From an uncultured Candidatus Nemicrothrix sp. (GTDB lineage: Bacteria; Actinomycetota; Acidimicrobiia; Acidimicrobiales; Aldehydirespiratoraceae), in the NCBI GenBank assembly GCA_964504305.1, contig CAZDEB010000003.1:212047-276046 (forward strand): 64,000 nucleotides of DNA. The letters run 5' to 3'. The translations under genes were made by a program, and so were the position numbers. The notes beneath the pieces are model-generated. The model saw nothing but the letters and a program-made list of their open reading frames with translations, was not told where the DNA came from and made no database searches. This document shows, one piece after another, positions 19,001 through 28,984 of the stretch. The first letter of the stretch is position 1; every line of letters starts with the position of its first letter.

Positions 19001-19553
19001 CGGATTAGAGGTTCTGGTCGACTCCGATGAGATCAACGAGATCATCGAGCGGTTGGCCGCCGAGCTCAGCGAGCAATACGAAGATGGCGTGGTGCTGGTG
19101 GCCGTGTTGCGCGGCAGCGTGCCGTTTCTGGCCGACTTGGTGAGGGCAATGACGATTCGGTCGGCGGTCGATTTTGTGGCCATTACCCCGTATACACCAG
19201 GTACCGGTAGGGTGCGGTTGCTGATGGATGTGTCCACCGACCTGCGCGACCGTGATGTTGTAATCATCGAAGACATCGTCGACACCGGTCTCACTGCCGG
19301 TTTTCTGATCGGAGAGTTGGGTCGTCGCGAACCGAAGTCGTTGTCGATTTGCACTCTGGTTGACCGCCCGGCGGGTCGAGTTGTGCCCGTCGAGTTGCGT
19401 CATGTGGGCGTGGTAATTCCTGATCGTTTTGTGATTGGTTATGGCCTCGATTACGAGGGGCGGTACCGGAACCTCCGAGTCTTGGCGGCTGCCGACCTCG
19501 ATATTTTGCACCGCGACCCCGACGCCTACGTAGAGGAGCTCTACGGGGCGTAG
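18993..19553 (+). CDS. hpt: Hypoxanthine phosphoribosyltransferase
   Basis: VLRGSVPFLADL, IIEDIVDTGLT PRPP-binding loop, FVIGYGLDY, YRNL. Confidence 0.88.
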   Translation: MADGLEVLVDSDEINEIIERLAAELSEQYEDGVVLVAVLRGSVPFLADLVRAMTIRSAVDFVAITPYTPGTGRVRLLMDVSTDLRDRDVVIIEDIVDTGLTAGFLIGELGRREPKSLSICTLVDRPAGRVVPVELRHVGVVIPDRFVIGYGLDYEGRYRNLRVLAAADLDILHRDPDAYVEELYGA

Positions 19554-19556
19554 GGT

Positions 19557-20054
19557 ATGGCCATGCAGGAGATGGACCTTCTCAGCGTCCGGGTCGAAAT
19601 GCCCGCCAACGCGCCAGTGGTGTTGCTTCGCGAACGGGCCGGAGCCGGACGGACCGTGCCGATCTTTATCGGCGCGACCGAAGCAACCGCAATTGCATTG
19701 GCTCTCGACGGGGTTGCGACTCCTCGCCCAATGACTCACGATCTGATCCGAGACCTGCTGGAGGAACTGGCGGTGGATATTGATCGAGTCGTTGTCACCG
19801 AGTTGCACGACAAAACATTCTTTGCCGAACTACACCTGGTACAAGGCGGCACATCCAAGGTTGTGGCGAGCCGCCCCTCAGACGCCATCGCCCTTGCGGT
19901 GCGCACCGGTACTCCCATATTCGCCAGCGACTCGGTGATCGACGAAGTCGGATTCTCCGACGGGGACGAGCCCGCCGGCGATGCTCCCGAAGAAGTCGTG
20001 GAAGAGTTTTTGGAGTTCCTCGACACGATCTCGCCCGAGGACTTCGAAGACTAA
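19557..20054 (+). CDS. Bifunctional nuclease family protein (DUF151, Rv1829-like)
   Basis: PIFIG..EA.AIA, RPMTHDL, FFAEL, SRPSDAIALA, ISPEDF. Confidence 0.9.
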   Translation: MAMQEMDLLSVRVEMPANAPVVLLRERAGAGRTVPIFIGATEATAIALALDGVATPRPMTHDLIRDLLEELAVDIDRVVVTELHDKTFFAELHLVQGGTSKVVASRPSDAIALAVRTGTPIFASDSVIDEVGFSDGDEPAGDAPEEVVEEFLEFLDTISPEDFED

Positions 20055-20123
20055 GGTCGCGCGTTCGGTGAGCGAAGTTGGTCGATATTCGCGCGCTCCG
20101 CGCGCAGCTTCGCGCGATGGTCG

Positions 20124-20152
20124 TTGACCCCTCGCGCGTGACCCCCTAGAGT
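20124..20152 (+). promoter_or_regulatory. Housekeeping sigma-70 promoter of the MerR gene at 20224
   Basis: TTGACC (20124-20129), 17-nt spacer, TAGAGT (20147-20152). Confidence 0.65.
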
Positions 20153-20223
20153 TCCAACATCACAGCGGCGTAATTTCGTCGTTGTGGTTGTAGCGACTAG
20201 ATTGATGATCAAGGGAGCAGTTC

Positions 20224-20691
20224 ATGGCAGAGCAAGGGTTCAGCGGGAAACGCACCGCCGAGATCGTCGACATCACTTACCGCCAGCTCGATTACTGGGC
20301 CCGCACCGACTTGGTGCGTCCGACGCTCACCGAGGCCACCGGTAGTGGCTCACGGCGCCAATACAGCTACCGCGACCTCCTCGAACTCAAGGTCATCAAA
20401 AGCCTTCTCGATTCTGGCATTCGGCTCGAACAGGTACGCAAGGTTTTTGCCTACATGCGAAACTCTCTCGGCGAGGATGTCGCTTCAGCCAATCTGGTGA
20501 TCGACGGGTCGAGCTCCGTACTCGTTAACACCGGCGAAGAACTAATCGATCTTTTGCAGAATGGCCAGGGCGTGCTCAACGTCTTGCCGTTGGCCAGTGT
20601 GAAGGAGCAAGTCGATGCCCGGATCGTGTCGCTGTACCCAGACATCGCCGCCCAAGTGATCGCGCCTATGAGGGCTGTGGGGAACGGCTGA
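20224..20691 (+). CDS. MerR-family regulator (Rv1830-like)
   Basis: ITYRQLDYWARTDLVRP...GSGSRRQYSYRDL.ELKVIKSLLDSGI.L...QG. Confidence 0.9.
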   Translation: MAEQGFSGKRTAEIVDITYRQLDYWARTDLVRPTLTEATGSGSRRQYSYRDLLELKVIKSLLDSGIRLEQVRKVFAYMRNSLGEDVASANLVIDGSSSVLVNTGEELIDLLQNGQGVLNVLPLASVKEQVDARIVSLYPDIAAQVIAPMRAVGNG

Positions 20692-20694
20692 GCG

Positions 20695-21018
20695 ATGAGC
20701 AAATTTGCTCATCCATCCGAGGCCAACGTGGCTAACTTGCTTGATGGTTACGGCATCCGGTGGGAGTACGAACCCACCACTTTCGTGCTCGAAAATGACG
20801 AGTCAGGCAACACCACCGAAGGCTTTACTCCCGACTTTTACCTGCCCGATTTCGATGCCTATGTTGAGTTGACCACCATGCGTCAACCACTCGTCACCCG
20901 CAAGAACCGCAAGGTTCGTAAACTTGCCGAGTCTCACCCCGACGTCCGCGTGAAGCTGCTTTATCGCCGCGACATCGTTCGTCTTGACGAAAAGTACCGA
21001 ATCGCCGATGCCGCCTGA
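20695..21018 (+). CDS. Small conserved protein with PD-(D/E)xK-nuclease-like motif
   Basis: WEYEP, FTPDFYLPDFDAYVELTT pattern; good codon usage, 107 aa. Confidence 0.7.
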   Translation: MSKFAHPSEANVANLLDGYGIRWEYEPTTFVLENDESGNTTEGFTPDFYLPDFDAYVELTTMRQPLVTRKNRKVRKLAESHPDVRVKLLYRRDIVRLDEKYRIADAA

Positions 21019-22081
21019 CGACCGCCGTTCGCCTCTGCACGAGGCTCATGTTGCCCTGGACGCCAAACTTGTCCCGTTCGGCGGCTGGGAGATGCCGCTC
21101 AATTACCCGAACGGTACTTTGGCCGAGCATCTTGCTTGTCGCCGCGGAGCAGTCATGTTCGATGTGTCGCATCTCGGGACCGTGCGCGTCAGCGGTGACG
21201 GCGCGCTTGATGCTCTCCAATGGGCTTTCACCAACGATCTCGGCCGTATCGAGCCGGGCCGCGCCCAATACACCCACCTGCTCGACCCTCACGATGCGTC
21301 GGTGCTCGACGACATCATCGTGTGGTGGGTGAGTAACGACCGGTTCGATGTGATGCCCAACGCCTCCAACACGAGTCGGGTAGCAAAGGCGTTGACCGAC
21401 GGTCCGACCAGTCCCGAAATGGTCGACGTAACCGCCAGCCGAGCGGTCATTGCCGTTCAGGGGCCCGACGCCCGCGAGCGTCTCGCCGCGGTTTCGCCCG
21501 AGGCTGCTGCCGTTGGGCGGTTCCGTGTCGCCGAAGTATCGATCGGCGACGTCGAAGTAGTCGTGGCCGGCACGGGGTATACCGGCGAAGACGGTGTCGA
21601 GATCGCCGTTGGCGTTGATCACGCCAAATCCTTGTGGGAGTCGTTGCTGGCCGCTGGTATCGAGCCAGCCGGACTCGGCGCCCGCGACACCCTCAGGCTC
21701 GAAGCGGGCTTACCGTTGCACGGCCACGAACTCGGCCCTGGCATCACATCGCTTCAGGCCGGACTCGACTGGGTTGTGCGGTTCGACAAGGAAGAGTTCC
21801 GCGGCCGAGCACCTCTGCTGGCCGAGTCCGAGGCCGGGCCACGCCGGCTGCTCAAGGGCCTGATGGTCGAGGGTCGCCGTCCGCCCCGCGAAGGGCAAAA
21901 CGTTTTGCGAGGTGGCGAGGTTATCGGCACAGTCTCGAGCGGCAATTTTTCTCCGGTGCTCGAGCACGGGGTCGCTCTTGCGTTCTTGGCCCCCGACGTT
22001 GTCGAAGGCGACGAACTCTCCATCGATATGCGGGGCACGGCCGTGCCGGCACGCGTCAAGAAACCCCCGTTTCACAAGTAA
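21008..22081 (+). CDS. gcvT: Glycine cleavage system aminomethyltransferase T
   Basis: FGGWEMPL, FDVSHLG, LDDIIV, AVQGP, TGYTGEDGVE, GLGARDTLRLEAGLPLHGHE; ATG at 21008. Confidence 0.95.
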   Translation: MPPDDRRSPLHEAHVALDAKLVPFGGWEMPLNYPNGTLAEHLACRRGAVMFDVSHLGTVRVSGDGALDALQWAFTNDLGRIEPGRAQYTHLLDPHDASVLDDIIVWWVSNDRFDVMPNASNTSRVAKALTDGPTSPEMVDVTASRAVIAVQGPDARERLAAVSPEAAAVGRFRVAEVSIGDVEVVVAGTGYTGEDGVEIAVGVDHAKSLWESLLAAGIEPAGLGARDTLRLEAGLPLHGHELGPGITSLQAGLDWVVRFDKEEFRGRAPLLAESEAGPRRLLKGLMVEGRRPPREGQNVLRGGEVIGTVSSGNFSPVLEHGVALAFLAPDVVEGDELSIDMRGTAVPARVKKPPFHK

Positions 22082-22132
22082 GCCTGATTCGCCACTAAGC
22101 CCGATTCGTGACCAAGCCTGATTCGCCACTAA
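22080..22132. repeat. 3 x 17-nt tandem repeat between convergent stops
   Basis: AAGCCTGATTCGCCACT / AAGCCCGATTCGTGACC / AAGCCTGATTCGCCACT at 22080, 22097 and 22114. Confidence 0.9.
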
Positions 22133-22992
22133 CAGAGCGGCGACAGCACCGTCTCGCCGAACTCGGCCAAGTTGTCGGGATCGGCGAAGTCGGTAAACCA
22201 GGCGTAAACCCGCTCGACGCCACGGTGGCCCAGGGCTTCGAAGTGCTCGACTAGTTGCTCGGCGGTTCCGGTTACGTGGCCGTTGGTGCCAAAACGGTGG
22301 GCGGCCCGGTTCCGGATTGCATCGTGATCGGCGGCGGCGGGCAAGAACGTAACCCGCTGCTGGATCGAGATGCGAGCCGGGCCGATTTGATCGCGGGCGG
22401 TGTCGAGACGGTCGAGGCGGTGAATCGGGCAGTTCCACCATGATGCAAAACGTCTGACCAATGTGAGTGTGCGCGGTCCAGCTCCGCCAATGACGATCGG
22501 AATCGACGCCAGCGGTGTCGGTTGTTGTTGAGCTGCTCGAAGGGTGAAGTATTGGCCGTCGTAGTCGACGACATCACCCGACCAGAGGGCGTGCATGACT
22601 TCGAGCGTCTCGGCCATGCGTTCGACTCGTTGGCGAGGGCTGTAGTCGGGTAGTCCGAAAGTGTCGAATTCGGTGGGGACCGACCCCCATCCCAATCCGA
22701 GTTCGAACCGTCCCTCCGTTGCGTGATCGAGGCTGACCGCTTGGCGGGCAAGAACCGACGGGTGCCGAAACGCATCGCACAGCACCAGGTGGCCAACTTG
22801 TGCGGTTGTGTGGGCGCCGAGCCACGCCGCGGTGACCATCGCGTCGAACATGGGTTTTGATTCCGCCAGGGGCGGGGCCAAGTGATCCATTAGCGAGGTC
22901 CCGCTGAAACCGGCGTGTTCGGCGGCTCGGGCTCGCTGGACGATCGTCTCGATGCCCATGCGCATCTGGGGCAAGAAGAGCTGGAACTCCAC
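22129..22992 (-). CDS. LLM-class flavin-dependent oxidoreductase
   Basis: AEHAGFSG..LMDH, FRHPSVLARQAVSLDH.TEGRFELGLGWG, PIVIGGAG; GTG start 4 nt after aroC stop. Confidence 0.85.
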   Translation of the reverse strand: MEFQLFLPQMRMGIETIVQRARAAEHAGFSGTSLMDHLAPPLAESKPMFDAMVTAAWLGAHTTAQVGHLVLCDAFRHPSVLARQAVSLDHATEGRFELGLGWGSVPTEFDTFGLPDYSPRQRVERMAETLEVMHALWSGDVVDYDGQYFTLRAAQQQPTPLASIPIVIGGAGPRTLTLVRRFASWWNCPIHRLDRLDTARDQIGPARISIQQRVTFLPAAADHDAIRNRAAHRFGTNGHVTGTAEQLVEHFEALGHRGVERVYAWFTDFADPDNLAEFGETVLSPLC

Positions 22993-22996
22993 GGAG

Positions 22997-24103
22997 TCAG
23001 GGACGTTCGGGCAGCGGCGGGAGTACGTCCATGGCCTGCTGACGCAGCCAGTGGTCGGCAAGGACGAGTAATACCATTGCCTCTACCATTGGGACCGCCC
23101 GTGGCAGCACACAGGGGTCGTGGCGGCCTTTGGCGGCGAGAGTTGTGGGTTGGCCGTCGCGAGTGACGGTGTCTTGTTGGCTGGCGATTGTTCCGGTTGG
23201 TTTGAACGCCACCGACATCAAAAGGTCTTCGCCGTTGGAAATGCCGCCTTGGATTCCGCCGCTGTGATTGGTCGCAGTGCGGATCTGGCCGTCGGGAGCA
23301 GCCACGAACGGATCGTTGTGGACGAGTCCGGTCATCTTGGTGCCGGCGTAACCACTGCCTATTTCGATGCCTTTGGCGGCCGGCAACGACATCAGCGCTC
23401 CTGCGAGGTCGGCATCGAGTTTGTCGAAGACCGGTTCGCCGAGGCCGGCGGGAACCCGCCGAGCGACGGCGCGCACCACCCCACCAAGCGAGTCGCCATC
23501 TCGACGAGCTTGCTCGATGGCCTGGCTCATGGCCGCCGCGGCTGTGGGGTCGGGGCAGCGAGTCGGGTCGGCCTCAACCGATTCGAGGCTCACCTCGTGG
23601 GGGTCGACCTCGGCTCTGATGTCGTGAACTTCGTCGACCCACGCCAGGACTTCGATCCCTGCGACGGCGTGCAGCAGGCGGCGGGCCACCGCTCCTGCGG
23701 CTACCCGCCCGATTGTTTCGCGCGCCGAGGAGCGTCCGCCGCCCGCCCAGTTACGAAAGCCGTACTTGGCGTCGTAGGTGAAGTCGGCGTGTGACGGCCG
23801 GTACACATCGCGTAGATGATCGTAGGCGCCGCTGTTGTGGTCCTTGTTGCGAACAAGCACGGCGATTGGTGTGCCGGTGGTGTAGCCGGCAAAAACTCCC
23901 GAGAGGATCTCGGCCTGGTCGGCTTCGTCGCGTTGAGTTACCAGGCGTGATTGTCCCGGACGGCGACGATCGAGGTCGTCTTGGATCTGGGCGACGTCGA
24001 GCGCCAATCGAGGTGGGCACCCGTCGACGGTGACGCCGACGCCACCGCCATGGGATTCGCCGAAGGTGCTAACACGAAAGACGGTGCCGAAGCTGCTGGC
24101 CAT
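22997..24103 (-). CDS. aroC: Chorismate synthase
   Basis: [44 protein letters not shown]. Confidence 0.96.
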   Translation of the reverse strand: MASSFGTVFRVSTFGESHGGGVGVTVDGCPPRLALDVAQIQDDLDRRRPGQSRLVTQRDEADQAEILSGVFAGYTTGTPIAVLVRNKDHNSGAYDHLRDVYRPSHADFTYDAKYGFRNWAGGGRSSARETIGRVAAGAVARRLLHAVAGIEVLAWVDEVHDIRAEVDPHEVSLESVEADPTRCPDPTAAAAMSQAIEQARRDGDSLGGVVRAVARRVPAGLGEPVFDKLDADLAGALMSLPAAKGIEIGSGYAGTKMTGLVHNDPFVAAPDGQIRTATNHSGGIQGGISNGEDLLMSVAFKPTGTIASQQDTVTRDGQPTTLAAKGRHDPCVLPRAVPMVEAMVLLVLADHWLRQQAMDVLPPLPERP

Positions 24104-24143
24104 GGCGAGAGTGTACGGCCGACGCGCCGTCTGGGCTGACGTT

Positions 24144-25856
24144 TCAGGCGTCGATCAGCCCGCGACCATCAACCGCCTCGCGGCGGGCGATGTCGGCGGT
24201 TCGGTCGTCGGCCGCGTCGTTGGCCGCTTCTTCGGCCTCGACTCGGTCGGCCCACGCTTGAATCTCTGCGACCTTTTTGGCGGAGTCCCAGCCGAGGGCG
24301 GAGGCAACTATTTCGGCTACCCGGGCCGAGACGGCGATGCCGCGGTCGACCGTCTCGACCGAAATACGCATTCGGCGAGCCAAAATGTCTTCGAGATGGA
24401 TTGCGCCCTCGACTTCGACGGCATAGAGCGCTTCGGCGGCGAGATAGCCCCCACCGGGCAGCACTTCGGCGAGATCGGGTTGGGCTTCTACCAGGGCGAG
24501 CACCGCGGCGACCTCCGAACCATGTCGCCAAAGCATCCGGTCGACGAGGTCGGCGTCGACCCCGTACTGGGCCCCAAGACGGGCGGCGGCATGCTGCCAC
24601 GTGTCCCAGTCGTTGCTGCCGAGGAGTTGGATGTGTTCGGTGACTGACGGGCCTATGGGCCGATCGATGCTCTCGGTTGCCATGTCGACCGCATCGGCGG
24701 CCATGACCCGATAGGTGGTGTACTTTCCGCCAGCGATCGAGATGAGTCCCGGCACCGGCTGAGCCACTGCGTGTTCGCGACTCAGGCGTGCTGTTTCGTC
24801 GGCCTCGCCGGCGATCAAGGGACGGAGACCGGCGTAGACGCCGACCACGTCGTCCCTGGTGAGCGGCCGCGATAAGGCTTCGTTGGCTTGTTCGATCAGG
24901 TAGTCGATGTCGGTCGACGACGCTGCCGGGTGGGCTCGATCTAGCTCCCATGCCGTATCGGTCGTACCCAGTAGCCAGAACTTGCCCCACGGAATGATGA
25001 ACAGGACGCTCGATGGCGTGCGTAGTACGAGGCCGCTGTCGCTGTCGATGGCCTTGCGGGGCACGACGATGTGGACTCCCTTGGCGGCCTGCACCCGCAG
25101 TCCTGAGGGACCAGCCATGTCTTGGATGTCGTCGATCCAGACGCCCGTGGCGTTGATAACCCGACGGGCCCGGATTTCGAGACGTCGACCGGTCTCTATG
25201 TCGACCACCGTGGCTCCGACAACAACCCCGTCTTCGATGATCAGGTCGTTGACTCGCGTTGACGTGGCTATCGCCGCACCGTGGCGCTTTGCGGTGCGAG
25301 CAACGCCAAGAGTGTGACGGGCATCGTCGATTTGGGCGTCGTGGTACACAATCGCACCGATCAGCGATGACCGCTTCAATCCAGGGCTCAGCTTGAGCGC
25401 GGCCCTTCGACTCAGGTGGCGATGGTGCGGCAAAGTGTTGCCGCCGAGCTTGGCCAGGAGGTCGTAGATCATCACGCCGGCGCCGTAGTACGCCCGCTGC
25501 CAAACACGGTTGGTCAACGGGATCAAGAACGACACAGTGCGAACGAGATGCGGGGCCACCACCGCGGCGTGCAGGCCGCGTTCCTTCAGGGCCTCACGCA
25601 CCAACCCGAAGTCGCGCTGTTCGAGATAGCGCAACCCGCCGTGCAGCAGTTTCGATGACCGGCTAGAGGTTCCCGACGCGATATCTCGTTGCTCCACCAG
25701 TCCCACGCTGAGACCACGTGTCGCGGCGTCCAATGCGCAACCGACTCCGGTGATTCCGCCGCCGATCACAAGAACGTCCAGTTCGTCGGCGGCCATCGAC
25801 TCGAGATCGGCGAGTCGTTGTGTCGGATTGAGAGATCCGGGTGCGGGGGAGTTCAT
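24144..25856 (-). CDS. glpD: Glycerol-3-phosphate dehydrogenase/oxidase (FAD)
   Basis: [56 protein letters not shown]. Confidence 0.93.
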   Translation of the reverse strand: MNSPAPGSLNPTQRLADLESMAADELDVLVIGGGITGVGCALDAATRGLSVGLVEQRDIASGTSSRSSKLLHGGLRYLEQRDFGLVREALKERGLHAAVVAPHLVRTVSFLIPLTNRVWQRAYYGAGVMIYDLLAKLGGNTLPHHRHLSRRAALKLSPGLKRSSLIGAIVYHDAQIDDARHTLGVARTAKRHGAAIATSTRVNDLIIEDGVVVGATVVDIETGRRLEIRARRVINATGVWIDDIQDMAGPSGLRVQAAKGVHIVVPRKAIDSDSGLVLRTPSSVLFIIPWGKFWLLGTTDTAWELDRAHPAASSTDIDYLIEQANEALSRPLTRDDVVGVYAGLRPLIAGEADETARLSREHAVAQPVPGLISIAGGKYTTYRVMAADAVDMATESIDRPIGPSVTEHIQLLGSNDWDTWQHAAARLGAQYGVDADLVDRMLWRHGSEVAAVLALVEAQPDLAEVLPGGGYLAAEALYAVEVEGAIHLEDILARRMRISVETVDRGIAVSARVAEIVASALGWDSAKKVAEIQAWADRVEAEEAANDAADDRTADIARREAVDGRGLIDA

Positions 25857-25909
25857 GGCCCCAGCCTATGCTCCGTCACGAATCTGTCTTCACTATTGCG
25901 AGGAACGCC

Positions 25910-27535
25910 GTGCCTAGCTACGCCAGTATTTGGGAGGGAATAGCTGACGCGGTGCCGGATGCTGTTGCCGCGTGTCATGGTCGAGAGTCCCACTCTTGGG
26001 CCGTTTTCGAAGACCGCTCCGCCCGCATCGCCTCGGCCTTGGCCCAGGCCGATATCGGCCACAACGACAAGATCGGGCTCTATCTCTACAACGGTTTTGA
26101 GTATCAGGAGGCGCAGTTCGCTGCGTTCAAGCAGCGGGCGGTGCCCTGCAACGTGAACTACCGCTACCTTGCTGACGAGCTCGCCTATCTCCTCGACAAC
26201 GCCGATGCCAGGGCGGTGTTTTTTGACGCGTCGCTGGCTGATCGGATTGTCGAGGTCCGAGCCCGATGCCCACAACTTCGACTGTTGGTCCAGGTCGGTG
26301 GTGGCGAATTGGTTGACGGCGCGGTGGCCTACGACGACCTGATTGCGCACCACGAGCCTGCGGCGCGTATCGAACGCTCCGGAGCCGATCTGTGGTTCTT
26401 GTACACCGGAGGCACCACCGGCAACCCCAAGGCCGTCATGTGGCCTCACGACGAGCTGCAACGCAGCTCAGCGGCGTTCTACGCGCCGCTGGGTCGTGAG
26501 GTGCCCACCACGGTCGAAGAGGCGGTGGCGGCGTCGTTGGAGCTGCACGACCGTCGTCGCACAACACGGGTTTTGGCGGCCGCGCCGTTGATGCACGGCA
26601 CGTCGGGGATTGTGTCCTTGCAAGTTCTCACCACTGGCGGCGCCGTGGCGACGTTGGCCGAACGGTCCTTTGACGCCGCGGAGTTGTGGTCGATAGTGGG
26701 TCAGCACCGACTCACAATGCTCACGATCGTGGGCGAAGCATTTGCTCGCCCCATGCTGGCCGAACTCGAACGGGTCGCGGCCACAAGCGAGGCCTACGAT
26801 CTGACGAGTCTGTTTCAGATCATGTCGTCGGGGGTCATGTGGTCGACCGAGTCCAAACAGGCGTTCCTCAAGTACCGCAAGATGACGCTGCTCGACAGCC
26901 TGGGGTCGAGCGAAAGTCCTGGCCAGGGAACCCAGCTCACCCGCAAAGGCGAAGCGGTGGCCGCGACCGGACGGTTCACCCTCGGCGAAACCACCACCGT
27001 GTTGACCGATGATGGTGAGCAAGTCGAGCCGGGGTCCGGCGTCATCGGGCGTCTGGCCAACCGCGGGGTCGTCCCGCTCGGGTACTACAAGGACGAGGCC
27101 AAGACCGCCGAAACGTTCCCGGTGATCAATGGCGTGCGCTATTCGATTCCTGGCGATTACGCAACGATCGAGGCCGATGGCACGATCACGCTGCTTGGTC
27201 GCGGATCGGTGTGCATCAACTCGGGTGGCGAGAAGATCTATCCCGAAGAAGTCGAGGAGGCGCTCAAGTCCCATCCCGATGTCGTGGACTGCAACGTGGT
27301 CGGGTTGCCCGACGAACGGTGGGGCCAGTCCGTCACTGCTGTTTTGAGTGTGGCGGGTGGCGTCGAGGTCGACGACCAGACGCTGATCGAACATGCCCGT
27401 TCCAAGATCGCCGCCTACAAGGCCCCCAAGGGAATCTTTAGGGTCGACGAGGTGAGGCGCGGTCCCAACGGAAAACCCGACTACGCGTGGGCTCGCGAGA
27501 CCGCTGAGGCGTTGGCCGCCGGCCAGACAACTTAG
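25910..27535 (+). CDS. Acyl-CoA synthetase (FadD19-like)
   Basis: YTGGTTGNPKAV, PLMHG, DSLGSSE, LGYYKDEAKT, GRGSVCINSGGEKIYPEEVE, NGKPDY; GTG at 25910 after GAGGAA. Confidence 0.88.
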   Translation: MPSYASIWEGIADAVPDAVAACHGRESHSWAVFEDRSARIASALAQADIGHNDKIGLYLYNGFEYQEAQFAAFKQRAVPCNVNYRYLADELAYLLDNADARAVFFDASLADRIVEVRARCPQLRLLVQVGGGELVDGAVAYDDLIAHHEPAARIERSGADLWFLYTGGTTGNPKAVMWPHDELQRSSAAFYAPLGREVPTTVEEAVAASLELHDRRRTTRVLAAAPLMHGTSGIVSLQVLTTGGAVATLAERSFDAAELWSIVGQHRLTMLTIVGEAFARPMLAELERVAATSEAYDLTSLFQIMSSGVMWSTESKQAFLKYRKMTLLDSLGSSESPGQGTQLTRKGEAVAATGRFTLGETTTVLTDDGEQVEPGSGVIGRLANRGVVPLGYYKDEAKTAETFPVINGVRYSIPGDYATIEADGTITLLGRGSVCINSGGEKIYPEEVEEALKSHPDVVDCNVVGLPDERWGQSVTAVLSVAGGVEVDDQTLIEHARSKIAAYKAPKGIFRVDEVRRGPNGKPDYAWARETAEALAAGQTT

Positions 27536-28893
27536 AGTTCGAGAAGCGCCTGCTCGATTACTTCGGGCAGCGCCGGATGGATGTAGTACTGGCCGCGCGC
27601 TAGTTCGTCGACGGTCTGGCCAAACGACATACCCTGAATCAGTTGTTGGATGAGGGTCGAGGCTTGGGGGCCGATTATGTGTGCCCCGAGCAACAACCGG
27701 GTAGCCGGGTCGATGATGACTTTGACAAAGCTGGTCTCGTCTTCCATTGCCCAGCCGTAGGCGGCGCCACCGTAGGCCTGCGTGTGGGCTTTGTAGTCGA
27801 CTGCTTGGTCGAGGCACTGGCGTTCGGTCAGCCCAACGCTCGCAACTTGGGGATGGCCGAAAACCGCGTGAGGGATAAAGCGATGGTCGACCTTGTGAGG
27901 GTCGTCGGGGTGCGAGATGTTGTGGGCCACGACCCGGGCCTCGTGGTTGGCAACGTGTTTGAGTTGCACCGGGTTGGTGATGTCACCGAGGGCCCAAACT
28001 CCTTCGACCGAGGTCCGTAGTTGCTCGTCGGTTACTAGGTAACCGGATTGGTCGACTTCGTAGCCGTGGGCGGCCAGCCCGAGTTCGTCGGCGTTGGGGA
28101 CGCGGCCGGTGGCGACCAGAACGGCATCGACTCGCAGCTCTGAGGAACCCTCCGGGCCGTCGAGTTGAAGAACGATGTCGTCGCGGTCACGGGTTGCTTC
28201 CACCACGTGGGTTTTGGTGAGAGTCGCAAACTTCCGCGAGTAGATCTCGCTGAAACGGTCGCTTACTTCGTGGTCTTCGTTACGCAAGAACCGGTCGCTG
28301 CGAAGGATGAAGGTCACATCCGATCCAAACGCGCCGAAGACGTTGCCGAGTTCGGCGGCGATGTACCCCCCACCGAGGACCGCGAGCCGGGGCGGGACGT
28401 CGTCGACCCTCATCACGGTATCGGAAGTGTGATAGCCGACTTGGGCCAGCCCAGCTATGGGAGGCACCGTTGCCCGCGCCCCCGCGGCGATCACGATCTT
28501 GGTGCCGGTGATGACCTGCTCGCCCACTTGGATTTGTTTGGGACCAACAAACCGGGCGTCGTCCTGAAAGACCGTGACATTGGGGAGGTTCTTGCGGTAC
28601 TGCTCGCCGCCGGCCGCTATCGGGTCGATGCGCCCGAACACTCGATCGCGAATCCCCGGCCAGTCGACGCCATCGAAACTTGTGTCAACGCCGAGGCGCG
28701 CTCCGGCATTGGCGGCGAGTTCGGCGAGTTCGGCAGCGTGCACGAACATCTTTGAAGGGATGCATCCGACGTTGAGGCAGGTCCCTCCGAACGCACCCCG
28801 TTCGATCATGGCGATGGCGAGATCGTCGTGCTCGGGACCAATGATCATGTTCCCGGATCCGGAACCGAGAATTATCAGATCAAAGTGTTGCAT
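27532..28893 (-). CDS. mtr: Mycothione reductase
   Basis: FDLIILGSGSGN, GGTCLNVGCIPSKM redox disulfide, QLKHVANHEARVV, YYIHPALPEVIE. Confidence 0.88.
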   Translation of the reverse strand: MQHFDLIILGSGSGNMIIGPEHDDLAIAMIERGAFGGTCLNVGCIPSKMFVHAAELAELAANAGARLGVDTSFDGVDWPGIRDRVFGRIDPIAAGGEQYRKNLPNVTVFQDDARFVGPKQIQVGEQVITGTKIVIAAGARATVPPIAGLAQVGYHTSDTVMRVDDVPPRLAVLGGGYIAAELGNVFGAFGSDVTFILRSDRFLRNEDHEVSDRFSEIYSRKFATLTKTHVVEATRDRDDIVLQLDGPEGSSELRVDAVLVATGRVPNADELGLAAHGYEVDQSGYLVTDEQLRTSVEGVWALGDITNPVQLKHVANHEARVVAHNISHPDDPHKVDHRFIPHAVFGHPQVASVGLTERQCLDQAVDYKAHTQAYGGAAYGWAMEDETSFVKVIIDPATRLLLGAHIIGPQASTLIQQLIQGMSFGQTVDELARGQYYIHPALPEVIEQALLEL

Positions 28894-28984
28894 CGGCCGA
28901 CCATAGCGGCCTGTCGGGTGATACTGGTCGGTCGGGCTGTTACTGGTACCGCGACCGCTCGGGCGGGGAGTTGACTAGCCTCTT

